Assembly (NCBI GenBank): GCA_965200315.1
Contig: OZ241362.1
Span: 2,784,001-2,848,000, forward strand
Reading direction: 5' to 3'
Length of the DNA stretch: 64,000 nt
Source of the DNA: Candidatus Latescibacterota bacterium
GTDB lineage: Bacteria > Latescibacterota > UBA2968 > UBA8231
In this document: positions 9,491 to 18,254 of the stretch, in pieces
How positions within the stretch are numbered: position 1 is the stretch's first letter
How the letters are laid out: each line of letters starts with the position of its first letter
Made by a program: the position numbers and the translations under genes
Notes under the pieces: generated by a model
Databases searched by the model: none
Told to the model about the DNA's origin: nothing
Seen by the model: the letters and a program-made list of their open reading frames with translations, nothing else

Positions 9491-10324
9491 ATGGTTACCG
9501 ATCGCGAAAATTACCTCTTCGACCTGCGCGGCTACCTGCACTTAGAGGGAGCACTTACCGCCGATGAGGTCAAAGACCTCAACGATTGCCTCGACGCGAT
9601 CCCGCCGCTAGAGCCGGGCGATTGGTATGGCCACGTCCACGCCCATACCTATGGCACGATTGACGGCCTCAACTTGCAGCAAATCTACGAGGCGGGCGAG
9701 CCTTTTGAGCGAATGATCGACCATCCCGCTTGGATTGAGAAAGTGAAGCATTTCGTCGGCGGCGAGGGCACCTTCGACTACGCACACGGGCCGCTCTTCA
9801 TCGACGAAAACTTTGCCAACTTCCGCCAGCCCGGGGAGGCCATTGGCCTGCACTCCGGCGGCTACCCGCCCATCATGCGCAACCAATTTCGCTACCACGG
9901 CGGACGCTACATGTGCGGCCAAATCAACATCCTCGTCGCGCTCACGGACATCGGCCCGGGCGACGGCAGCACCATGCTGATCCCCGGCAGCCACAAATCC
10001 AACTTCACGCATCCCGACCTAGACCGACATCGCATGAAGCCCGAAGGCGCTACCGTTGAGGGCATCACCGGCGCGGTCGAGTGCCAGATGGCCAAGGGCG
10101 ACGCCTTGCTTTTCGTCGATGGCCTCTCGCACGGCTCGGCCCGACGCCAAAACGAGGGCACTCGCCGAATCTTCGTCTATCGCTACGGCCCCTCTTGGGG
10201 CAACTTCCGCCACGGCTACCATCCCTCGGACGAGCTGTTGGCGCGCCTGACGCCCGAGCGGCGACAGATCGTCTGGCCGCAGCGGCCCCGTCCCCAAGGA
10301 CCGCAAAAAAAGGCTACTGAGTAA
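9491..10324 (+). CDS. Phytanoyl-CoA dioxygenase (PhyH) family protein
   Basis: YLFDLRGYLHL, LHSGG, VALTDIGPGDGSTMLIPGSHK and LSHGS. Confidence 0.85.
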   Translation: MVTDRENYLFDLRGYLHLEGALTADEVKDLNDCLDAIPPLEPGDWYGHVHAHTYGTIDGLNLQQIYEAGEPFERMIDHPAWIEKVKHFVGGEGTFDYAHGPLFIDENFANFRQPGEAIGLHSGGYPPIMRNQFRYHGGRYMCGQINILVALTDIGPGDGSTMLIPGSHKSNFTHPDLDRHRMKPEGATVEGITGAVECQMAKGDALLFVDGLSHGSARRQNEGTRRIFVYRYGPSWGNFRHGYHPSDELLARLTPERRQIVWPQRPRPQGPQKKATE

Positions 10325-10328
10325 ATCC

Positions 10329-11210
10329 ATGAAGGGCATCATCCTCGCCGGCGGCCAAGGCACACGCCTTTATCCCCTGACCGTATCGGTCTCCAAGCAG
10401 ATCCTGCCGATCTTCGACAAGCCGATGATTTACTACCCGCTCTCGGTGCTCATGCTGGCCGATATCCGCGAGGTGCTCATCATCTCCAGTCCAGAGCACA
10501 TCGGCCTCTATCGCCAGCTCTTCGGCGACGGCGAGCGGCTGGGGCTGCGTATTGAATACGCGGTCCAAGACCGGCCCGAGGGCGTGGCTCACGCCTTTGT
10601 CGTGGGGGCCGATTTCGCTGGCTGCGATCCCTGTGCCTTGATATTCGGCGACAACTTCCTCTACGGGCACGGCTTGACGGCGATTCTACAGTGCGCTAGC
10701 CAGCTACGGGAGGGGGGATTGGCTTTCGCGTACTATGTGAGCGATCCCACGCGCTACGGGGTCGTCGAATTCGACGCTGGAGGCAACGCCGTTAGCATTG
10801 AAGAGAAGCCGCAAACCCCCAAGTCCAACTACGCGGTCATCGGCCTTTATTTTTACGACGGCGAGGTCGTCGATATCGTCCGTGGCCTCAAGCACTCGGC
10901 TCGTGGCGAGCTGGAGATTACCGATGTCAACAACGAGTATCTGCGTCGACAGCAACTCAAAGTCGAGGTGTTGGGGCGAGGTTTTGCTTGGTTCGACACT
11001 GGGACGCACGAGAGCCTCCTAGAAGCCAACAACTTCGTCCAAACCATCGAGCACCGGCAGGGGCTCAAAGTGGGCTGCGTCGAGGAAATAGCGTACCGCA
11101 GGGGCTACATTGGCGCGGAGCAGCTTCTCCGCATTGCCAATTATTCCGAAGACAATGAATACTGCCTCTATCTCAAGCACCTCGTCGAACAGTCCGGGCC
11201 AACGTTCTGA
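10329..11210 (+). CDS. rfbA: Glucose-1-phosphate thymidylyltransferase
   Basis: MKGIILAGGQGTRLYP, SKQILPIFDKPMIYYPLS, EEKP, RGELEITD and WFDTGTHESL. Confidence 0.95.
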   Translation: MKGIILAGGQGTRLYPLTVSVSKQILPIFDKPMIYYPLSVLMLADIREVLIISSPEHIGLYRQLFGDGERLGLRIEYAVQDRPEGVAHAFVVGADFAGCDPCALIFGDNFLYGHGLTAILQCASQLREGGLAFAYYVSDPTRYGVVEFDAGGNAVSIEEKPQTPKSNYAVIGLYFYDGEVVDIVRGLKHSARGELEITDVNNEYLRRQQLKVEVLGRGFAWFDTGTHESLLEANNFVQTIEHRQGLKVGCVEEIAYRRGYIGAEQLLRIANYSEDNEYCLYLKHLVEQSGPTF

Positions 11211-11401
11211 CGCCTTTTGCGTCGGTAGAGGGCAAATTGTGTCATGGCGGGCCAACTTGGTCAAGAGGCTTTCTGAGAGTAGCGGTTTATTGGTTATTTA
11301 GAATGCCTTATATTTTAGCACTGGTTGCCCTTGATCAAGGACGGCCTGAGCGGCTGTTTGGCACTCGTCATTCTCAAATAAGTGCATAGCACTCGCTGGC
11401 T

Positions 11402-12259
11402 ATGAGACCCCTCGACGAATACGTAAGACAACAGCTCAACGATCATGCCGCTAGGATAGGTGAGGCTCTCGCTGCCGATGTGATGGCAGTCGCCAGTCCA
11501 ATTCTCCCAGGCCTAGAGGTACGGGTTCGCCATGCAGTAGAACTGATTTCTCAACGTAGGGCTACTTTGGCAATTGTCCTCGAAACCAATGGCGGTATAG
11601 TTGAGGTCGTTGAGCGAATGGTTGACACTATTCGGAATTATTACGACGAGGTTGTCTTCATAGTTCCGAATAGAGCAATGTCTGCGGGGACGCTCTTTGT
11701 CATGTCGGGAGATCGAATCCTTATGGACTTTTTCTCTTGCCTTGGTCCTATTGATCCACAAATCGAAGAGGACGGCAAGCTCGTACCGGCACTGGCATAT
11801 TTGAATCAATTCGAGCGGCTGAATGCAAAGGCTGAACAAGGAAACTTGACATCAGCAGAGTACGCACTTCTCAGCAAGTTGGACCTCGGCGAGCTATACC
11901 AGTTCGAGCAAGCAAGAGCACTTTCAATAGAGCTACTCGTAAAGTGGCTATCGAGATACAAGTTCAAAAACTGGACTCAAACCGAGGCGAGAAAGGATCC
12001 TGTCACTCCTAAGATGAGGGAGGACAGAGCCAGAGAAATTGCGGAGAGCTTGAGTAACAGCGAATACTGGCACTCGCATGGGAGAGGGATAAACATGAAA
12101 ACTCTGACCGACGAGCTACGGCTCAAAATTGAGGATTACTCGGTGAACCCAACTCTAGGCCCCTTAATTAGGGAGTATTACGAATTGCTTCAAGATTACA
12201 TGGGCCGCGAACAAATTATCTCCTTCGTGCATACCGTGCATACAGAGAAGTACTTCTAG
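11402..12259 (+). CDS. SDH family ClpP-fold serine protease
   Basis: LETNGG, AMSAGT (nucleophile Ser), LGPIDPQ and HSHGRGI; base composition less GC-rich than the flanks. Confidence 0.8.
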   Translation: MRPLDEYVRQQLNDHAARIGEALAADVMAVASPILPGLEVRVRHAVELISQRRATLAIVLETNGGIVEVVERMVDTIRNYYDEVVFIVPNRAMSAGTLFVMSGDRILMDFFSCLGPIDPQIEEDGKLVPALAYLNQFERLNAKAEQGNLTSAEYALLSKLDLGELYQFEQARALSIELLVKWLSRYKFKNWTQTEARKDPVTPKMREDRAREIAESLSNSEYWHSHGRGINMKTLTDELRLKIEDYSVNPTLGPLIREYYELLQDYMGREQIISFVHTVHTEKYF

Positions 12260-12320
12260 ATGTAGATGTCGGACCTTATCGGCCACCTCCCCTAGTCCCA
12301 AGCTATAAGGATAAAATGTC

Positions 12321-12512
12321 ATGGCCAAACAAATTAGCCAACCTAGAAAAAAAGCTGAGATCCTTAAAATCAACCCGAAGGTTGATCCAGTCCTAGTAGA
12401 GCGGTACGAGAAGTTGGATTCTGAGTTGCGTCGGCTGGGGGTAAATACCAAGCCCACGTTCAATCTCAAGCCACCGCTAGGCGACGATCGCCTGCATCTC
12501 TTCAACGGATAG
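12321..12512 (+). CDS. Small basic hypothetical protein (63 aa)
   Basis: taagga RBS upstream; fills the gap between the protease and oadG. Confidence 0.5.
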   Translation: MAKQISQPRKKAEILKINPKVDPVLVERYEKLDSELRRLGVNTKPTFNLKPPLGDDRLHLFNG

Positions 12513-12514
12513 CC

Positions 12515-12781
12515 ATGTCGATCTTCGCACTCCGTTTCAGTTACCAGAACATCGCCACCGGCCAGGGTTTCGACCTAGCCTTCGTGGGCATGAGCATCGT
12601 CTTCACCGCCTTGGTATTGGTCAGCGTCTTTATCGCTGTCCTGCCGAGGATCCTCGCCGCGATCCACCCCTACATTCCCCCGGCCCAACTGCACACGCAG
12701 AGTCATAGCAGAGAAACCGACGCACCCGCCATCGGCGCGGCCATCGGCCTCGCCCTGCACGCGCGCCGCCAAGACGACTAA
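12515..12781 (+). CDS. oadG: Na+-translocating decarboxylase gamma subunit (OadG family)
   Basis: VGMSIVFTALVLV TM segment, Pro/His-rich linker, AAIGLALH tail; directly upstream of oadB. Confidence 0.75.
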   Translation: MSIFALRFSYQNIATGQGFDLAFVGMSIVFTALVLVSVFIAVLPRILAAIHPYIPPAQLHTQSHSRETDAPAIGAAIGLALHARRQDD

Positions 12782-12787
12782 TCGGCC

Positions 12788-13915
12788 ATGGATACTCTCC
12801 TCAAATTCCTCTCTACTACGGCCGTGGCCAACATGTCGGGCGGCAACCTGCTGATGATCGCTATCGGCGCTATCTTCATCTCGCTAGCCATCCGCAAAGA
12901 CTACGAGCCGCTGCTGCTGTTGCCCATCGGCTTCGGCTGCATCGTCGGCAACCTTCCGTCTATCTCCAGCATGGCCATCGGCGTGTACGACCAAGGCAGT
13001 GTGCTCTACTACATCTACTTTGGAGTTAGTCAAGGGATCTTCCCGCCGCTGATTTTTCTCGGCATCGGCGCGATGACCGACTTCTCGACCATGCTCTCCA
13101 ACCCCCGGTTGGTGCTGCTGGGCGCAGCCGCGCAGACGGGCATTTTCCTGACCCTGATCGGCGCACTCTATTTGGGTTTTACTCCGACCGAGGCCGGGGC
13201 CATCGGCATTATCGGCGGGGCCGACGGACCAACGGCGATCTTCCTCGCGGCCAAGCTAGCTCCTCACCTGCTCGGGGCTATCGCCATTGCCGCGTACTCC
13301 TACATGGCCCTCGTGCCGGTCATTCAGCCGCCGGTGATGAAACTTTTGACCACCCGCAAGGAGCGGCTTATTCGCATGAAGCCCCCGCGCGAGGTCTCGC
13401 AGCGCGAGAAGATCATCTTTCCCATCGCCGCTTTTCTGATATGTGCGCTCCTCGCCCCCGGTGCGATCGGGCTGCTCGGCATGCTGTTTTTCGGCAATCT
13501 GCTCAAGGAAAGCGGCGTCACCGAGCGCTTGGCCCAGACCGCCCGCACCTCAATGGTCGATATCGTCACCATCCTCCTCGGGTTCTCGGTCGGCTGCTCA
13601 ACCCAAGCCCAGACCTTTCTCACGCAGCAGTCGGTACTCATCTTCAGCCTCGGTGCTTTGTCCTTTGCCATCGCCACGGCCAGCGGCGTACTCTTCGCCA
13701 AGTTTTTGAACCTCTTCACCAAAGACAAAATCAACCCCCTCGTCGGTGCTGCCGGGGTCTCGGCCGTGCCCGACTCGGCCCGCGTGGTGCAAATGATGGG
13801 CCAGCGCGAAGACCCCAATAACTACCTGCTGATGCACGCGATGGCTCCCAATGTCGCCGGGGTCATCGGCTCGGCGATAGGTGCCGGCGTCTTGTGGTCC
13901 GTGCTGGTGGGATAG
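12788..13915 (+). CDS. oadB: Na+-translocating decarboxylase beta subunit
   Basis: YEPLLLLPIGFG, GIIGGADGPT, AAYSYMALVPVIQPP, GVSAVP and HAMAPNVAGVIGSA. Confidence 0.95.
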   Translation: MDTLLKFLSTTAVANMSGGNLLMIAIGAIFISLAIRKDYEPLLLLPIGFGCIVGNLPSISSMAIGVYDQGSVLYYIYFGVSQGIFPPLIFLGIGAMTDFSTMLSNPRLVLLGAAAQTGIFLTLIGALYLGFTPTEAGAIGIIGGADGPTAIFLAAKLAPHLLGAIAIAAYSYMALVPVIQPPVMKLLTTRKERLIRMKPPREVSQREKIIFPIAAFLICALLAPGAIGLLGMLFFGNLLKESGVTERLAQTARTSMVDIVTILLGFSVGCSTQAQTFLTQQSVLIFSLGALSFAIATASGVLFAKFLNLFTKDKINPLVGAAGVSAVPDSARVVQMMGQREDPNNYLLMHAMAPNVAGVIGSAIGAGVLWSVLVG

Positions 13916-13932
13916 ACAACGAGGATGCGACC

Positions 13933-15744
13933 GTGAACAAGAAGAAAATTCGCTTCATGTGTACCGCCTTTCGCGACGGCTTCCAGTCGGTCTATGGAGC
14001 GCGCGTTTTCACGTCCGATTTTCTGCCGGCCGTCGCCGCGGCCAAGGAAGCTGGCATCGACTACTTTGAGGCCGGCGGCGGTGCCTGTTTCCAATCGTTC
14101 TACTTCTACTGCGGCGAAGACGCCTTTGCCGCGATGGACGCCTTTCGCGCCACGGTCGGCCCGGACGCCGACTTGCAGACCTTGGCGCGGGGGGTCAACG
14201 TGGTCGGCCTCGAATCGCAGCCGAGCGACATCATCAAGCTCCACGCCGAGCTTTTCAAAAAGCACGGTATCACCACCATCCGCAATTTCGACGCGCTCAA
14301 CGACGTCGATAACCTTATCTACTCGGGGCAGTGCATCGTCGATGCCGGGCTCAAACACCAAGTCTGTGTCACGCTGATGGAACTGCCTCCGGGCTGCTCT
14401 GGTGCCCACGACGCGGCCTTCTACACCAGTACATTGCGCCAGATACTAGACGCCGGCATTCCCTACGATGCGGTCTGCTTCAAGGATGCCTCGGGCACGG
14501 CCGTCCCCGCCAAAATCTATGAAACCATCTCCGAGGCGCGTCTCATGCTGCCCGAGGGCACCTTCATCCACTTCCACACGCACGAAACAGCCGGCATTGG
14601 CGTCAGTGCCAACATGGCCGCCCTCGACGCCGGTGCCGACGCCATTGACCTGTCTATGGCTCCCTGCTCCGGCGGCACCTGCCAACCCGACATCATCGTC
14701 ATGTGGCACGCGCTGCGCGGCTCCGACTACGATCTTGACATCGACGTCGACAAGGTCCGCGACGCCGAGGAGGTCTTCAAGGAGTGCATGGCCGACTATT
14801 TCCTGCCGCCCGAAGCGGTGGCCGTGGAGCCGATGATTCCCTGGAGCCCCATGCCCGGTGGCGCGCTGACGGCCAACACCCAGATGCTGCGCGACAACGG
14901 CATCATGGACAAGTACCCAGATATGATCAAGGCCATGCGCGAAGTAGTAGAAAAGGGCGGGTTTGGCACTTCAGTGACGCCGGTCTCGCAATTTTACTTT
15001 CAGCAGGCTTTCAACAACGTCATGTTCGGCCCATGGGAGCGAATCGCCGCGCCCTACGGCCAGATGGTCTTGGGCTACTTCGGCAAGACGCCGGTCGCGC
15101 CCGACCCCTCGGTCGTCGAGATCGCCGCCCAACAGCTCGGGCTAGATCCAACGACCCAAAAACCGCTCGAACGCAACGACGCCGACCCGAACAAGGGCGT
15201 CGAGCCGGCCCGCCAACAACTGCGGGAAGCTGGCCTTGAAGAGACAGACGAAAACGTTTTTATCGTCGCCGCCTGCCAAGACAAGGGACTCGCCTTCCTC
15301 AAGGGAGAAGGCGAAATCGGCGTACGCAAAGTAGAAAAAGAGCAAAAAGAAGCGGCCCCAACCGACGGTCCGGCGCACTATGCGATCACCGTTGATGGCC
15401 GCCGCTATGCCGTGGCTATTGACGGCGACACGGCCACCGTTGACGGCCGCCGCTTCCAAGTCAGCCTAGAACAGTCGACAGAATCGACCGATGTGGCGGC
15501 TCCCTCCTCGCCGGCACCCAAGGCCGGAGATGGCACGCCGGTCCAAGCCCAGATGCCCGGGAAAGTAATCCGCCACCTCGTCCAACCTGGCGATCACGTA
15601 GAAGCGGGCGACGGAATCCTCGTGCTCGAAGCCATGAAGATGGAAATGCCGGTAACGGCCCCCGTCGGAGGCACGGTAGCCGATATTTTGGTCCATGCCG
15701 GAGATCAGGTGGCTGACGGACAGGTGCTAGCGCACATAAGCTAA
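13933..15744 (+). CDS. oadA: Oxaloacetate decarboxylase alpha / pyruvate carboxylase B-type carboxyltransferase with biotin carrier
   Basis: FRDGFQS, FKDASG, HFHTH, MPGG, VTPVSQ and C-terminal EAMKM biotinylation motif; GTG start after gagga. Confidence 0.85.
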   Translation: MNKKKIRFMCTAFRDGFQSVYGARVFTSDFLPAVAAAKEAGIDYFEAGGGACFQSFYFYCGEDAFAAMDAFRATVGPDADLQTLARGVNVVGLESQPSDIIKLHAELFKKHGITTIRNFDALNDVDNLIYSGQCIVDAGLKHQVCVTLMELPPGCSGAHDAAFYTSTLRQILDAGIPYDAVCFKDASGTAVPAKIYETISEARLMLPEGTFIHFHTHETAGIGVSANMAALDAGADAIDLSMAPCSGGTCQPDIIVMWHALRGSDYDLDIDVDKVRDAEEVFKECMADYFLPPEAVAVEPMIPWSPMPGGALTANTQMLRDNGIMDKYPDMIKAMREVVEKGGFGTSVTPVSQFYFQQAFNNVMFGPWERIAAPYGQMVLGYFGKTPVAPDPSVVEIAAQQLGLDPTTQKPLERNDADPNKGVEPARQQLREAGLEETDENVFIVAACQDKGLAFLKGEGEIGVRKVEKEQKEAAPTDGPAHYAITVDGRRYAVAIDGDTATVDGRRFQVSLEQSTESTDVAAPSSPAPKAGDGTPVQAQMPGKVIRHLVQPGDHVEAGDGILVLEAMKMEMPVTAPVGGTVADILVHAGDQVADGQVLAHIS

Positions 15745-16445
15745 GCCATCTCCCCGCTCCACAACTCGCGTCGCGTCCCATCGTCCTCGCGCAGCAGCAA
15801 TTGCCCGGCCGAGCCAAAGCCCAGCACCACGCCCGTGTACTCACCGACTGCGACGTACTGACCCAAGTTGACGCAGTGAGACTCCCAAGCCGCACTCAGC
15901 GCAGCAAATCCGCCTCTTTCCCAGCGCCCGATCCACTCCTGCAAATGCGGCAGTAACTCGTCCAATGCCCGCTCTACATCGCGCTCGGTGCCCGTCTCAA
16001 TCCGCAGCGAGGTGGCGGGCTGGCCGATGGACGCGGCTTCGTCGGCATCCATGTTGACGTTGAGGCCGATTCCAAGGACGACCCCATTACAGCGCTCGGC
16101 CAAAATGCCGCAGATCTTGCGGCCATCCACTAGCACGTCGTTGGGCCACTTGGTCTGCGCCGCCAAGCCGTTTTTCTCCAAATAGGCCGCCACGCCCAAG
16201 GCAGCGGCCTGCGGTAGCGACAGGACCTGCAACGGCGACGCATCGCTCCGCAACAGCGCGGAAAAGGTCAGGTTGCGACCGGGCTGGGCAAGCCACTGCC
16301 GCTCGTAGCGGCCCCGGCCAGCGGTCTGAGAACGAGCGGCGAGCACGAAGCCGTCGGGCAGGTCCCGGCCCTCGCGCAACCACTCGACCAAGGTCGTATT
16401 GGTCGAGGGCAGTTCGTCGCGCCACTGGGGTTTTTGGAATTGCAT
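15741..16445 (-). CDS. birA: Biotin-protein ligase (no HTH)
   Basis: STN, QTAGRGR, KWPNDV, KICGILAE and GIGLNVN; convergent with oadA. Confidence 0.92.
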   Translation of the reverse strand: MQFQKPQWRDELPSTNTTLVEWLREGRDLPDGFVLAARSQTAGRGRYERQWLAQPGRNLTFSALLRSDASPLQVLSLPQAAALGVAAYLEKNGLAAQTKWPNDVLVDGRKICGILAERCNGVVLGIGLNVNMDADEAASIGQPATSLRIETGTERDVERALDELLPHLQEWIGRWERGGFAALSAAWESHCVNLGQYVAVGEYTGVVLGFGSAGQLLLREDDGTRRELWSGEMA

Positions 16446-16575
16446 CGTTTTAAATATATGGACGAAGGTTGTGCGCTGGGAAAGCTCGCATTTGACCATG
16501 AGATGTTCCTCTTGGTATTTTCGTACAAGCCCCCTTTGAGCCGATCTCATGCCTTTAGCTATAGGAGACAATCCC

Positions 16576-17955
16576 ATGCCTGTTTCTAGACGCCAGTTCC
16601 TTAAAAGCGCGGCAGCCGTTTCCATCGGCTTTGCCGGCCTCCATCGCCACCTCGCGTGGGGTGCACCAGCACTCGAAAATAGCTTTGGGCCGCTCGTGCC
16701 TGACCCCGAAGGCATCCTCGACCTGCCCGAGGGCTTTAGCTATCGGATTCTCTCGCGCATCGGCCAAGCCATGGACGACGGCCTGCGATTGCCGGGCGCA
16801 GCCGACGGAATGGCCGCTTTCCCCGGGCCAGAGGGCCGCATCGTTTTGGTGCGCAACCACGAGCTGAGCAGCGGGGCGCGGGAGGCCGGTGCCTTCGGCG
16901 ACGACAACGAGGAACTGGGCAAACTACCCAAAGAAGATCTGTACGATTGGGGCCACGGCGAGATGCCGGGCTTGGGCGGCACCACGACCCTCGTGTACAA
17001 CGCGCAAACCGGCGCAGTGGAGCGGGAATTTCTCAGCTTGGCCGGCACTGCGGTCAACTGCGCCGGGGGGCCGACCCCGTGGCATAGCTGGATTAGCTGC
17101 GAAGAGACGACCCAGCGGGTTGAGGGGCAGATCGAGAAAGACCATGGCTACAACTTCGAGGTCCCCGCTACCACAGAAATCCGCCGCGCCGCGCCCGTGC
17201 CGCTCAAGGCCATGGGGCGCTTCAAGCACGAGGCCATCGCCGTCGATCCCCGCTCGGGCATCGTCTATCAAACCGAAGATACCAGCGACAGCTTGATCTA
17301 CCGCTACATCCCCGATGCACCGGGCAAACTAATAGCTGGGCGGCTGCAAGCCTTGGCCGTAATTGACCATCCCGGCTTGGATACCCGCAACTGGGACAAA
17401 GCACTGGTGAGCCCGGGCGAACCGCTCGCCGTGCGCTGGGTCGATATAGAAAACGTCGAGTCGCCAGACGACGACTTGCGCTTCCAAGGGTTTGACGGCA
17501 AGGGCTGCGCCCGCTTTGCCCGCGGCGAGGGCATGTGGTACGGCCGCGAAGCGATTTACTTTGCCTGCACCAGCGGCGGCGAGAAAAAGAAAGGGCAGAT
17601 TTTCCGCTACCAGCCTAGCCCGCACGAGGGCACGACCGATGAGAGCAAGGCTCCGGGGACGCTCGAACTCTTCGTCGAGCCGAACGACGGCGACTTAGTC
17701 GACAATGCCGACAACCTCACGGTCTCGCCCTTCGGCGACCTGATCGTCTGCGAGGACGGCAGCGGGGAAAACAACCTAGTCGGCATAACGCCCGCAGGCC
17801 AGATCTACCGCTTTGGGCACAATCGCATGAACAATTCCGAATTTGCCGGCGCGACCTTCTCGCCCGACGGCCAAGTGCTCTTCGTCAATATCCAGCATCC
17901 CGGCACCACGCTGGCCATCTACGGCCCTTGGGATCGGCGGCAGTCTGACGGTTAG
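16576..17955 (+). CDS. phoX: PhoX family alkaline phosphatase (DUF839), Tat-exported
   Basis: SRRQFLK Tat motif; RNHE, NCAGGPTPW, SCEE, MGRFKHEA, RGEG, DNL, CED and VNIQHPG. Confidence 0.9.
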   Translation: MPVSRRQFLKSAAAVSIGFAGLHRHLAWGAPALENSFGPLVPDPEGILDLPEGFSYRILSRIGQAMDDGLRLPGAADGMAAFPGPEGRIVLVRNHELSSGAREAGAFGDDNEELGKLPKEDLYDWGHGEMPGLGGTTTLVYNAQTGAVEREFLSLAGTAVNCAGGPTPWHSWISCEETTQRVEGQIEKDHGYNFEVPATTEIRRAAPVPLKAMGRFKHEAIAVDPRSGIVYQTEDTSDSLIYRYIPDAPGKLIAGRLQALAVIDHPGLDTRNWDKALVSPGEPLAVRWVDIENVESPDDDLRFQGFDGKGCARFARGEGMWYGREAIYFACTSGGEKKKGQIFRYQPSPHEGTTDESKAPGTLELFVEPNDGDLVDNADNLTVSPFGDLIVCEDGSGENNLVGITPAGQIYRFGHNRMNNSEFAGATFSPDGQVLFVNIQHPGTTLAIYGPWDRRQSDG

Positions 17956-18162
17956 CTAGAAGCGTCTGAAAGCTTGGCGTCCGGCGGTTTGCTACGTTCC
18001 CAGCGTACCGTCTGAGAGACTCAGCAGCTTCTGAGAATCTCTGGCTTGCCGCGCCCAAGTCCGGCGGGCGATACAGTGCTGTGTCGTATTCTGCGAAGCA
18101 TTCTTAAAGCTCTCGTCGGACCGCTTTGCGGGGCGGCCGAGAGCCTTGGCGTCCAGCGGTTT

Positions 18163-18187
18163 TCGAGGGCGAGACGCCCTCGATCCC
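18163..18187. repeat. REP-like hairpin of a second class
   Basis: tcgagggc-gagac-gccctcga-tccc perfect 8-bp stem upstream of the res gene. Confidence 0.45.
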
Positions 18188-18254
18188 AGCGGCTGGGAAC
18201 CGCGCGAGAGACCCAACCTGGAGTCTTAAGAAGGCTTCTAAGGGAGTTATATAC

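Noticed and set aside
11195-11256. cgggccaac repeated at the rfbA end and just downstream
   Set aside because: Only 9 nt and it does not flank the cargo; compatible with chance.
15741-16715. Extended N-termini in the ORF track (birA, res, amtB, 6144-7274, 47079-48074, 44933-46171)
   Set aside because: The extensions overlap neighbouring genes or lack homology; downstream starts with an RBS or translational coupling fit better.
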